A DNA stretch of 64,000 bases from Eledone cirrhosa (Eukaryota): positions 174,654,001 through 174,718,000 of the forward strand of contig OZ024743.1 in NCBI GenBank assembly GCA_964016885.1, read 5' to 3'. Within the stretch, counting starts at the first letter, position 1, and every line of letters starts with the position of its first letter. Below the pieces are notes generated by a model, which was given only the letters and a program-made list of their open reading frames with translations, was not told the origin of the DNA and did not search any database. The position numbers were made by a program, and so were the translations under genes. Of the stretch, positions 1-14,320 are shown piece by piece.

Positions 1-1759
1 GATATACTGTACCTGTTATATAGGATGTAGGTAGTCTTTGATATACTGTACCTGTTATATAGGATGTAGGTAGTCTTTGATATACTGTACCTGTTATATA
101 GGATGTAGGTAGTCTTTGATATACTGTACCTGTTATATATGATGTAGGTAGTCTTTGATATACTGTACCTGTTATATAGGATGTATGTAGTCTTTGATAT
201 ACTGTACCTGTTATATAGGATGTAGGTAGTCTTTGATATACTGTACCTGTTATATAGGATGTAGGTAGTCTTTGATATACCGTACCTGTTATATAGGATG
301 TAGGTAGTCTTTGATATACTGTACCTGTTATATAGGATGTAGGTAGTCTTTGATATACTGTACCTGTTATATAGGTTGTAGGTAGTGTTTGATATACTGT
401 ACCTGTTACATAGGATGTATGTAGTCTTTGATATACTGTACCTGTTATATAGGATGTAGGTAGTCTTTGATATACTGTACCTGTTATATAGGATGTAGGT
501 AGTCTTTGATATACTGTACCTGTTATATAGGATGTAGGTAGTGTTTGATATACTGTACCTGTTATATAGGATGTAGGTAGTCTTTGATATACTGTACATG
601 TTATATAGGATGTAGGTAGTCTTTGATATACTGTACCTGTTATATAGGATGTAGGTAGTCTTTGATATACTGTACCTGTTATATAGGATGTAGGTAGTCT
701 TTGATATACTGTACCTATTATATGAGATGTAGGAAGTCTTTGATATACTCTACCTGTTATATAGGATGTAGGTAGTCTTTGATATACTGTACCTGTTATA
801 CAGGATGTAGGTAGTCTTTGATATACTGTACCTGTTAAATAGGATGTAGGTAGTCTTTGATATACTGTACCTGTTATATAGGATGTAGGTAGTCTTTGAT
901 ATACTGTACCTGTTATATAGGATGTAGGTAGTCTTTGATATACTGTACCTGTTATATAGGATGTAGGTAGTCTTTGATATACTGTACCTGTTATATATGA
1001 TGTAGGTAGTCTTTGATATACTGTACCTGTTATATAGGATGTATGTAGTCTTTGATATACTGTACCTGTTATATAGGATGTAGGTAGTCTTTGATATACT
1101 GTACCTGTTATATAAGATGTAGGTAGTCTTTGATATACTGTACCTGTTATATAGGATGTAGGTAGTCTTTGATATACTGTACCTGTTATATAGGATGTAG
1201 GTAGTCTTTGATATACTGTACCTGTTATATAGGTTGTAGGTAGTGTTTGATATACTGTACCTGTTACATAGGATGCATGTAGTCTTTGATATACTGTACC
1301 TGTTATATAGGATGTAGGTAGTCTTTGATATACTGTACCTGTTATATAGGATGTAGGTAGTCTTTGATATACTGTACCTGTTATATAGGATGTAGGTAGT
1401 CTTTGATATACTGTACCTGTTATATAGGATGTAGGTAGTCTTTGAAATACTGTACCTATTATATGAGATGTAGGAAGTCTTTGATATACTGTACCTGTTA
1501 TATAGGATGTAGGTAGTCTTTGATATACTGTACCTGTCATATAGGATGTAGGTAGTCTTTGATATACTGTACATGTTAAATAGGATGTAAGTAGTCGTTG
1601 ATATACTGTAGCTGTTATATAGGATGTAGGTAGTCTTTGATATACTGTACCTGTTATATAGGATGTAGGTAGTCTTTGATATACTGTACCTGTTATATAG
1701 GATGTAGGTAGTCTTTGATATACTGTACCTGTTATATAGGATGTAGGTAGTCTTTGATA

Positions 1760-2770
1760 TACTGTACCTGTTATATATGATGTAGGTAGTCTTTGATATA
1801 CTGTACCTGTTACATAGGATGTAGGTAGTCTTTGATATACTGTACCTGTTATATAGGATGTATGTAGTCTTTGGTATACTGTACCTGTTACATAGGATGT
1901 AGGTAGTCTTTGATATACTGTACCTGTTATATAGGATGTAGGTAGTTTTGATATACTGTACCTGTTATATAGGATGTAGGTAGTCTTTGATATACTGTAC
2001 CTTTTATATAGGATGTAGGTAGTCTTTGATATACTGTACCTGTTATATAGGATGTAGGTAGTCTTTGAAATACTGTACCTATTATATGAGATGTAGGAAG
2101 TCTTTGATATACTGTACCTGTTATATAGGATGTAGGTAGTCTTTGATATACTGTACCTGTTATATAGGATGTAGGTAGTCTTTGATATACTGTACATGTT
2201 AAATAGGATGTAGGTAGTCTTTGATATACTGTACCTGTTATATAGGATGTAGGTAGTCTTTGATATACTGTACCTGTTATATAGGATGTAGGTAGTCTTT
2301 GATATACTGTACCTGTTGTATAGGATCTAGGTAGTGTTTGATATACTGTACCTGTTATATAGGATGTAGGTAGTCTTTGATATACTGTACCTGTTATATA
2401 TGATGTAGGTAGTCTTTGATATACTGTACCTGTTACATAGGATGTAGGTAGTCTTTGATATACTGTACCTGTTATATAGGATGTATGTAGTCTTTGGTAT
2501 ACTGTACCTGTTACATAGGATGTAGGTAGTCTTTGATATACTGTACCTGTTATATAGGATGTAGGTAGTTTTGATATACTGTACCTGTTATATAGGATGT
2601 AGGTAGTCTTTGATATACTGTACCTTTTATATAGGATGTAGGTAGTCTTTGATATACTGTACCTGTTATATAGGATGTAGGTAGTCTTTGAAATACTGTA
2701 CCTATTATATGAGATGTAGGAAGTCTTTGATATACTGTACCTGTTATATAGGATGTAGGTAGTCTTTGAT
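1760..2770 (+). repeat. 623-bp (16 monomers minus 1 bp) local duplication inside domain A
   Basis: TTTGGTATAC marker at 1874 and 2497; 38-bp monomers at ~1946 and ~2569. 623 equals 4,795 minus 4,172 exactly. Confidence 0.85.
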
Positions 2771-4659
2771 ATACTGTACCTGTTAAATAGGATGTAGGTA
2801 GTCTTTGATATACTGTACCTGTTATATAGGATGTAGGTAGTCTTTGATATACTGTACCTGTTACATAGGATGTAGGTAGTCTTTGATATACTGTACCTGT
2901 TATATAGGATGTAGGTAGTCTTTGATATACTGTACCTGTTATATAGGATGTAGGTAGTGTTTGATATACTGTACCTGTTACATAGGATGTATATAGTCTT
3001 TGATATACTGTACCTGTTATATAGGATGTAGGTAGTCTTTGATATACTGTACCTGTTATATAGGATCTAGGTAGTCTTTGATATACTGTACCTGTTATAT
3101 AGGATGTAGGTAGTCTTTGATATACTGTACCTGTTATATAGGATGTAGGTAGTCTTTGATATACTGTACCTGTTACATAGGATGTAGGTAGTCTTTGATA
3201 TACTGTACCTGTTATATATGATGTAGGTAGTCTTTGATATACTGTACCTGTTATATAGTATGTAGGTAGTCTTTGATATACTGTACCTGTTATATAGGAT
3301 GTAGGTAGTCTTTGATATACTGTACCTGTTATATAGGATGTAGGTAGTCTTTGATATACTGTACCTGTTATATAGGATGTAGGTAGTCTTTGATATACTG
3401 TACCTGTTATATAGGATGTAGGTAGTCTTTGATATACTGTACCTGTTATATAGGATGTACGTAGTCTTTGATATACTGTACCTGTTATATGAGATGTAGG
3501 AAGTCTTTGATATACTCTACCTGTTATATAGGATGTAGGTAGTCTTTGATATACTGTACCTGTTATATAGGATGTAGGTAGTCTTTGATATACTGTACCT
3601 GTTATATAGGATGTAGGTAGTCTCTGATATACTGTACCTGTTATATAGGATGTAGGTAGTCTTTGATATACTGTACCTGTTATATAGGATGTAGGTAGTC
3701 CTTGATATACTGTACCTGTTATATAGGATGTAGGTAGTCTTTGATATACTGTACCTGTTATATAGGATGTGGGTAGTCTTTGATATACTGTACCTGTTAT
3801 ATAGGATGTACGTTGTCTTTGATATACTCTACCTGTTATATGAGATGTAGGAAGTCTTTGATATACTCTACCTGTTATATAGGATGTAGGTAGTCTTTGA
3901 TATACTGTACCTGTTATATAGGATGTAGGTAGTCTTTGATATACTGTACCTGTTATATAGGATGTAGGTAGTCTTTGATATACTGTACCTGTTATATAGC
4001 ATGTAGGTAGTCTTTGATATACTGTACCTGTTATATAGGATGTAGGTAGTCTTTGATATACTGTACCTGTTATATAGGATGTAGGTAGTCTTTGAAATAC
4101 TGTACTTATTATATGAGATGTAGGAAGTCTTTGATATACTGTACCTGTTATATAGAATGTATGTAGTCTTTGGTATACCGTACCTGTTACATAGGATGTA
4201 GGTAGTCTTTGATATACTGTACCTGTTATATAGGATGTAGGTAGTCTTTGATATACTGTACCTGTTATATAGGATGTAGGTAGTCTTTGATATACTGTAC
4301 CTATTATATAGGATGTAGGTAGTCTTTGATATACTGTACCTGTTATATAGGATGTAGGTAGTCTTTGATATACTGTACCTGTTATATAGGATGTAGGTAG
4401 TCTTTGATATACTGTACCTGTTATATAGGATGTAGGTAGTCTTTGATATACTGTACCTGTTACATAGGATGTAGGTAGTCTTTGATATACTGTACCTGTT
4501 ATATAGGATGTAGGTAGTCTTTGATATACTGTACCTGTTATATAGGATGTAGGTAGTCTTTGATATACTGTACCTGTTATATAGGATGTAGGTAGTCTTT
4601 GATATACTGTACTTGTTATATAGGATGTAGGTAGTCTTTGATATACTGTACCTATTATA

Positions 4660-6200
4660 TGAGATGTAGGAAGTCTTTGATATACTGTACCTGTTATATA
4701 GGATGTAGGTAGTCTTTGATATACTGTACCTGTTATACAGGATGTAGGTAGTCTTTGATATACTGTACCTGTTAAATAGGATGTAGGTAGTCTTTGATAT
4801 ACTGTACCTGTTATATAGGATGTAGGTAGTCTTTGATATACTGTACCTGTTATATAGGATGTAGGTAGTCTTTGATATACTGTACCTGTTATATAGGATG
4901 TAGGTAGTCTTTGATATACTGTACCTGTTATATATGATGTAGGTAGTCTTTGATATACTGTACCTGTTATATAGGATGTATGTAGTCTTTGATATACTGT
5001 ACCTGTTATATAGGATGTAGGTAGTCTTTGATATACTGTACCTGTTATATAGGATGTAGGTAGTCTTTGATATACCGTACCTGTTATATAGGATGTAGGT
5101 AGTCTTTGATATACTGTACCTGTTATATAGGATGTAGGTAGTCTTTGATATACTGTACCTGTTATATAGGTTGTAGGTAGTGTTTGATATACTGTACCTG
5201 TTACATAGGATGTATGTAGTCTTTGATATACTGTACCTGTTATATAGGATGTAGGTAGTCTTTGATATACTGTACCTGTTATATAGGATGTAGGTAGTCT
5301 TTGATATACTGTACCTGTTATATAGGATGTAGGTAGTGTTTGATATACTGTACCTGTTATATAGGATGTAGGTAGTCTTTGATATACTGTACATGTTATA
5401 TAGGATGTAGGTAGTCTTTGATATACTGTACCTGTTATATAGGATGTAGGTAGTCTTTGATATACTGTACCTGTTATATAGGATGTAGGTAGTCTTTGAT
5501 ATACTGTACCTATTATATGAGATGTAGGAAGTCTTTGATATACTCTACCTGTTATATAGGATGTAGGTAGTCTTTGATATACTGTACCTGTTATACAGGA
5601 TGTAGGTAGTCTTTGATATACTGTACCTGTTAAATAGGATGTAGGTAGTCTTTGATATACTGTACCTGTTATATAGGATGTAGGTAGTCTTTGATATACT
5701 GTACCTGTTATATAGGATGTAGGTAGTCTTTGATATACTGTACCTGTTATATAGGATGTAGGTAGTCTTTGATATACTGTACCTGTTATATATGATGTAG
5801 GTAGTCTTTGATATACTGTACCTGTTATATAGGATGTATGTAGTCTTTGATATACTGTACCTGTTATATAGGATGTAGGTAGTCTTTGATATACTGTACC
5901 TGTTATATAAGATGTAGGTAGTCTTTGATATACTGTACCTGTTATATAGGATGTAGGTAGTCTTTGATATACTGTACCTGTTATATAGGATGTAGGTAGT
6001 CTTTGATATACTGTACCTGTTATATAGGTTGTAGGTAGTGTTTGATATACTGTACCTGTTACATAGGATGCATGTAGTCTTTGATATACTGTACCTGTTA
6101 TATAGGATGTAGGTAGTCTTTGATATACTGTACCTGTTATATAGGATGTAGGTAGTCTTTGATATACTGTACCTGTTATATAGGATGTAGGTAGTCTTTG
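4660..6200 (+). repeat. Diverged pair of 22-monomer (858-bp) subunits within the domain A HOR
   Basis: A25T+C36G marker pairs 858 bp apart at 376/1234, 5171/6029, 9343/10201 and 20941/21799. The first subunit carries T8C (ACCGTAC); the second carries TAAGATG and GATGCATG. Confidence 0.85.
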
Positions 6201-9200
6201 ATATACTGTACCTGTTATATAGGATGTAGGTAGTCTTTGAAATACTGTACCTATTATATGAGATGTAGGAAGTCTTTGATATACTGTACCTGTTATATAG
6301 GATGTAGGTAGTCTTTGATATACTGTACCTGTCATATAGGATGTAGGTAGTCTTTGATATACTGTACATGTTAAATAGGATGTAAGTAGTCGTTGATATA
6401 CTGTAGCTGTTATATAGGATGTAGGTAGTCTTTGATATACTGTACCTGTTATATAGGATGTAGGTAGTCTTTGATATACTGTACCTGTTATATAGGATGT
6501 AGGTAGTCTTTGATATACTGTACCTGTTATATAGGATGTAGGTAGTCTTTGATATACTGTACCTGTTATATATGATGTAGGTAGTCTTTGATATACTGTA
6601 CCTGTTACATAGGATGTAGGTAGTCTTTGATATACTGTACCTGTTATATAGGATGTATGTAGTCTTTGGTATACTGTACCTGTTACATAGGATGTAGGTA
6701 GTCTTTGATATACTGTACCTGTTATATAGGATGTAGGTAGTTTTGATATACTGTACCTGTTATATAGGATGTAGGTAGTCTTTGATATACTGTACCTTTT
6801 ATATAGGATGTAGGTAGTCTTTGATATACTGTACCTGTTATATAGGATGTAGGTAGTCTTTGAAATACTGTACCTATTATATGAGATGTAGGAAGTCTTT
6901 GATATACTGTACCTGTTATATAGGATGTAGGTAGTCTTTGATATACTGTACCTATTATATGAGATGTAGGAAGTCTTTGATATACTCTACCTGTTATATA
7001 GGATGTAGGTAGTCTTTGATATACTGTACCTGTTACATAGGATGTAGGTAGTCTTTGATATACTGTACCTGTTAAATAGGATGTAGGTAGTCTTTGATAT
7101 ACTGTACCTGTTATATAGGATGTAGGTAGTGTTTGATATACTGTACCTGTTACATAGGATGTATATAGTCTTTGATATACTGTACCTGTTATATAGGATG
7201 TAGGTAGTCTTTGATATACTGTACCTGTTATATAGGATCTAGGTAGTCTTTGATATACTGTACCTGTTATATAGGATGTAGGTAGTCTTTGATATACTGT
7301 ACCTGTTATATAGGATGTAGGTAGTCTTTGATATACTGTACCTGTTACATAGGATGTAGGTAGTCTTTGATATACTGTACCTGTTATATATGATGTAGGT
7401 AGTCTTTGATATACTGTACCTGTTATATAGTATGTAGGTAGTCTTTGATATACTGTACCTGTTATATAGGATGTAGGTAGTCTTTGATATACTGTACCTG
7501 TTATATAGGATGTAGGTAGTCTTTGATATACTGTACCTGTTATATAGGATGTAGGTAGTCTTTGATATACTGTACCTGTTATATAGGATGTAGGTAGTCT
7601 TTGATATACTGTACCTGTTATATAGGATGTACGTAGTCTTTGATATACTGTACCTGTTATATGAGATGTAGGAAGTCTTTGATATACTCTACCTGTTATA
7701 TAGGATGTAGGTAGTCTTTGATATACTGTACCTGTTATATAGGATGTAGGTAGTCTTTGATATACTGTACCTGTTATATAGGATGTAGGTAGTCTCTGAT
7801 ATACTGTACCTGTTATATAGGATGTAGGTAGTCTTTGATATACTGTACCTGTTATATAGGATGTAGGTAGTCTTTGATATACTGTACCTGTTATATAGGA
7901 TGTAGGTAGTCTTTGATATACTGTACCTGTTATATAGGATGTGGGTAGTCTTTGATATACTGTACCTGTTATATAGGATGTACGTTGTCTTTGATATACT
8001 CTACCTGTTATATGAGATGTAGGAAGTCTTTGATATACTCTACCTGTTATATAGGATGTAGGTAATCTTTGATATACTGTACCTGTTATATAGGATGTAG
8101 GTAGTCTTTGATATACTGTACCTGTTATATAGGATGTAGGTAGTCTTTGATATACTGTACCTGTTATATAGGATGTAGGTAGTCTTTGATATACTGTACC
8201 TGTTATATAGGATGTAGGTAGTCTTTGATATACTGTACCTGTTATATAGGATGTAGGTAGTCTTTGAAATACTGTACTTATTATATGAGATGTAGGAAGT
8301 CTTTGATATACTGTACCTGTTATATAGAATGTATGTAGTCTTTGGTATACCGTACCTGTTACATAGGATGTAGGTAGTCTTTGATATACTGTACCTGTTA
8401 TATAGGATGTAGGTAGTCTTTGATATACTGTACCTGTTATATAGGATGTAGGTAGTCTTTGATATACTGTACCTATTATATAGGATGTAGGTAGTCTTTG
8501 ATATACTGTACCTGTTATATAGGATGTAGGTAGTCTTTGATATACTGTACCTGTTATATAGGATGTAGGTAGTCTTTGATATACTGTACCTGTTATATAG
8601 GATGTAGGTAGTCTTTGATATACTGTACCTGTTACATAGGATGTAGGTAGTCTTTGATATACTGTACCTGTTATATAGGATGTAGGTAGTCTTTGATATA
8701 CTGTACCTGTTATATAGGATGTAGGTAGTCTTTGATATACTGTACCTGTTATATAGGATGTAGGTAGTCTTTGATATACTGTACCTGTTATATAGGATGT
8801 AGGTAGTCTTTGATATACTGTACCTATTATATGAGATGTAGGAAGTCTTTGATATACTGTACCTGTTATATAGGATGTAGGTAGTCTTTGATATACTGTA
8901 CCTGTTATACAGGATGTAGGTAGTCTTTGATATACTGTACCTGTTAAATAGGATGTAGGTAGTCTTTGATATACTGTACCTGTTATATAGGATGTAGGTA
9001 GTCTTTGATATACTGTACCTGTTATATAGGATGTAGGTAGTCTTTGATATACTGTACCTGTTATATAGGATGTAGGTAGTCTTTGATATACTGTACCTGT
9101 TATATATGATGTAGGTAGTCTTTGATATACTGTACCTGTTATATAGGATGTATGTAGTCTTTGATATACTGTACCTGTTATATAGGATGTAGGTAGTCTT

Positions 9201-12049
9201 TGATATACTGTACCTGTTATATAGGATGTAGGTAGTCTTTGATATACCGTACCTGTTATATAGGATGTAGGTAGTCTTTGATATACTGTACCTGTTATAT
9301 AGGATGTAGGTAGTCTTTGATATACTGTACCTGTTATATAGGTTGTAGGTAGTGTTTGATATACTGTACCTGTTACATAGGATGTATGTAGTCTTTGATA
9401 TACTGTACCTGTTATATAGGATGTAGGTAGTCTTTGATATACTGTACCTGTTATATAGGATGTAGGTAGTCTTTGATATACTGTACCTGTTATATAGGAT
9501 GTAGGTAGTGTTTGATATACTGTACCTGTTATATAGGATGTAGGTAGTCTTTGATATACTGTACATGTTATATAGGATGTAGGTAGTCTTTGATATACTG
9601 TACCTGTTATATAGGATGTAGGTAGTCTTTGATATACTGTACCTGTTATATAGGATGTAGGTAGTCTTTGATATACTGTACCTATTATATGAGATGTAGG
9701 AAGTCTTTGATATACTCTACCTGTTATATAGGATGTAGGTAGTCTTTGATATACTGTACCTGTTATACAGGATGTAGGTAGTCTTTGATATACTGTACCT
9801 GTTAAATAGGATGTAGGTAGTCTTTGATATACTGTACCTGTTATATAGGATGTAGGTAGTCTTTGATATACTGTACCTGTTATATAGGATGTAGGTAGTC
9901 TTTGATATACTGTACCTGTTATATAGGATGTAGGTAGTCTTTGATATACTGTACCTGTTATATATGATGTAGGTAGTCTTTGATATACTGTACCTGTTAT
10001 ATAGGATGTATGTAGTCTTTGATATACTGTACCTGTTATATAGGATGTAGGTAGTCTTTGATATACTGTACCTGTTATATAAGATGTAGGTAGTCTTTGA
10101 TATACTGTACCTGTTATATAGGATGTAGGTAGTCTTTGATATACTGTACCTGTTATATAGGATGTAGGTAGTCTTTGATATACTGTACCTGTTATATAGG
10201 TTGTAGGTAGTGTTTGATATACTGTACCTGTTACATAGGATGCATGTAGTCTTTGATATACTGTACCTGTTATATAGGATGTAGGTAGTCTTTCATATAC
10301 TGTACCTGTTATATAGGATGTAGGTAGTCTTTGATATACTGTACCTGTTATATAGGATGTAGGTAGTGTTTGATATACTGTACCTGTTACATAGGATGTA
10401 TGTAGTCTTTGATATACTGTACCTGTTACATAGGATGTAGGTAGTCTTTGATATACTGTACCTGTTATATAGGATGTAGGTAGTCTTTGATATACTGTAC
10501 CTGTTATATAGGATGTAGGTAGTCTTTGATATACTGTACCTGTTATATAGGATGTAGGTAGTCTTTGATATACTGTACCTGTTATATAGGATGTAGGTAG
10601 TCTTAGGATATACTGTACCTGTTATATAGGATGTAGGTAGTCTTTGATATACTGTACCTGTTACATAGGATGTATGTAGTCTTTGATATACTGTACCTGT
10701 TATATAGGATGTAGGTAGTCTTTGATATACTGTACCTGTTATATAGGATGTAGGTAGTCTTTGATATACTGTACCTGTTATATAGGATGTAGGTAGTCTT
10801 TGCTATACTGTACCTGTTATATAGGATGTAGGTAGTCTTTGATATACTGTACCTGTTATATAGGATGTAGGTAGTCTTTGATATACTGTACCTGTTACAT
10901 AGGATGTAGGTAGTCTTTGATATACTGTACCTGTTATATATGATGTAGGTAGTCTTTGATATACTGTACCTGTTATATAGTATGTAGGTAGTCTTTGATA
11001 TACTGTACCTGTTATATAGGATGTAGGTAGTCTTTGATATACTGTACCTGTTATATAGGATGTAGGTAGTCTTTGATATACTGTACCTGTTATATAGGAT
11101 GTAGGTAGTCTTTGATATACTGTACCTGTTATATAGGATGTAGGTAGTCTTTGATATACTGTACCTGTTATATAGGATGTAGGTAGTCTTTGATATACTG
11201 TACCTGTTATATAGGATGTAGGTAGTCTTTGATATACTGTACCTGTTATATAGGATGTAGGTAGTCTTTGATATACTGTACCTGTTACATAGGATGTAGG
11301 TAGTCTTTGATATACTGTACCTGTTATATAGGATGTCGCTAGTCTTTGATATACTGTACCTGTTATATAGGATGTAGGTAGTCTTTGATATACTATACCT
11401 GTTATATAGGATGTAGTCTTTGATATACTGTACCTGTTATATAGGATGTAGGTAGTCTTTGATATACTGTACCTGTTATATGAGATGTAGGAAGTCTTTG
11501 ATATACTGTACTTGTTATATAGGATGTAGGTAGTCCTTGATATACTGTACCTGTTATATAGGATGTAGGTAGTCTTTGATATACTGTACCTGTTATATAG
11601 GATGTAGGTAGTCTTTGATATACTGTACCTGTTATATAGGATGTAGGTAGTCTTTGATATACTGTACCTGTTATATAGGATGTAGGTAGTCTTTGATATA
11701 CTGTACCTGTTATATAGGATGTAGGTAGTCTTTGATATACTGTACCTGTTATATATGATGTAGGTAGTCTTTGATATACTGTACCTGTTATATGAGATGT
11801 AGGAAGTCTTTGATATACTGTACCTGTTATATAGGATGTAGGTAGTCTTTGATATACTGTACCTGTTATATAGGATGTAGGTAGTGTTTGATATACTGTA
11901 CCTGTTACATAGGATGTATGTAGTCTTTGATATACTGTACCTGTTATATAGGATGTAGGTAGTCTTTGATATACTGTACCTGTTATATAGGATGTAGGTA
12001 GTCTTTGATATACTGTACCTGTTATATAGGATGTAGGTTGTCTTTGATA

Positions 12050-14320
12050 TACTGTACCTGTTATATAGGATGTAGGTAGTCTTTGATATACTGTACCTGT
12101 TACATAGGATGTAGGTAGTCTTTGATATACTGTACCTGTTATATATGATGTAGGTAGTCTTTGATATACTGTACCTGTTATATAGTATGTAGGTAGTCTT
12201 TGATATACTGTACCTGTTATATAGGATGTAGGTAGTCTTTGATATACTGTACCTGTTATATAGGATGTAGGTAGTCTTTGATATACTGTACCTGTTATAT
12301 AGGATGTAGGTAGTCTTTGATATACTGTACCTTTTATATAGGATGTAGGTAGTCTTTGATATACTGTATCTGTTATATAGGATGTAGGTAGTCTTTGATA
12401 TACTGTACCTGTTATATAGGATGTAGGTAGTCTTTGATATACTGTACCTTTTATATAGGATGTAGGTAGTCTTTGATATACTGTACCTGTTATATAGGAT
12501 GTAGGTAGTCTTTGATATACTGTACCTGTTATATGAGATATAGGAAGTCTTTGATATACTGTACCTGTTATATAGGATGTCGGTAGTCTTTGATATACTG
12601 TACCTGTTATATGAGATGTAGGAAGTCTTTGATATACTGTACCTGTTATATAGGATGTAGGTAGTCTTTGATATACTGTACCTGTTAAATAGGATGTAGG
12701 TAGTCTTTGATATACTGTACCTGTTATATAGGATGTAGGTAGTCTTTGATATACTGTACCTGTTATATGGGATGTCGGTAGTCTTTGATATACTGTACCT
12801 GTTATATAGGATGTAGGTAGTCTTTGATATACTGTACCTGTTATATATGATGTAGGTAGTCTTTGATATACTGTACCAGTTATATAGGATGTATGTAGTC
12901 TTTGATATACTGTACCTGTTATATAGGATGTAGGTAGTCTTTGATATACTGTACCTGTTATATAGGATGTAGGTAGTCTTTGATATACTGTACATGTTAT
13001 ATAGGATGTCGGTAGTCTTTGATATACTGTACCTGTTATATAGGATGTAGGTAGTTTTGATATACTTTACCTGTTATATATGATGTAGGTAGTCTTTGAT
13101 ATACCGTACCTGTTACATAGGATGTATGTAGTCTTTGATATACTGTACCTGTTATATAGGATGTAGGTAGTCTTTGATATACTGTACCTGTTACATAGGA
13201 TGTAGGTAGTCTTTGATATACTGTACCTGTTATATATGATGTAGGTAGTCTTTGATATACTGTACCTGTTATATAGTATGTAGGTAGTCTTTGATATACT
13301 GTACCTGTTATATAGGATGTAGGTAGTCTTTGATATACTGTACCTGTTATATAGGATGTAGGTAGTCTTTGATATACTGTACCTGTTATATAGGATGTAG
13401 GTAGTCTTTGATATACTGTACCTTTTATATAGGATGTAGGTAGTCTTTGATATACTGTATCTGTTATATAGGATGTAGGTAGTCTTTGATATACTGTACC
13501 TGTTATATAGGATGTAGGTAGTCTTTGATATACTGTACCTTTTATATAGGATGTAGGTAGTCTTTGATATACTGTACCTGTTATATAGGATGTAGGTAGT
13601 CTTTGATATACTGTACCTGTTATATGAGATATAGGAAGTCTTTGATATACTGTACCTGTTATATAGGATGTCGGTAGTCTTTGATATACTGTACCTGTTA
13701 TATGAGATGTAGGAAGTCTTTGATATACTGTACCTGTTATATAGGATGTAGGTAGTCTTTGATATACTGTACCTGTTAAATAGGATGTAGGTAGTCTTTG
13801 ATATACTGTACCTGTTATATAGGATGTAGGTAGTCTTTGATATACTGTACCTGTTATATGGGATGTCGGTAGTCTTTGATATACTGTACCTGTTATATAG
13901 GATGTAGGTAGTCTTTGATATACTGTACCTGTTATATATGATGTAGGTAGTCTTTGATATACTGTACCAGTTATATAGGATGTATGTAGTCTTTGATATA
14001 CTGTACCTGTTATATAGGATGTAGGTAGTCTTTGATATACTGTACCTGTTATATAGGATGTAGGTAGTCTTTGATATACTGTACATGTTATATAGGATGT
14101 CGGTAGTCTTTGATATACTGTACCTGTTATATAGGATGTAGGTAGTTTTGATATACTTTACCTGTTATATATGATGTAGGTAGTCTTTGATATACCGTAC
14201 CTGTTACATAGGATGTATGTAGTCTTTGATATACTGTACCTGTTATATAGGATGTAGGTAGTCTTTGATATACTGTACCTGTTACATAGGATGTAGGTAG
14301 TCTTTGATATACTGTACCTG
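12050..14320 (+). repeat. 1,091-bp (28 monomers minus 1 bp) tandem duplication
   Basis: ORF starts (C13A variant) at 12995 and 14086; T19C markers at 12103, 13194 and 14285; same variant order in both copies. Confidence 0.88.

Larger units (their letters stand above)
1..10360 (+). repeat. Domain A: ~107-monomer HOR (4,172 bp; 4,795 bp in the first interval), ~2.3 copies
   Basis: Identical ORF translations at 750 and 5545 (offset 4,795 = 123x39-2) and near-identical ones at 3868 and 8040 (offset 4,172 = 107x39-1). Marker A25T+C36G (GGTTGTAGGTAGTGTTT) at 376, 5171 and 9343. Confidence 0.9.

Noticed and set aside
16-24. TATA-like promoter element (TTATATAGG) in each monomer
   Set aside because: A short AT-rich match repeated ~1,600 times with no downstream gene; expected by chance at this composition.
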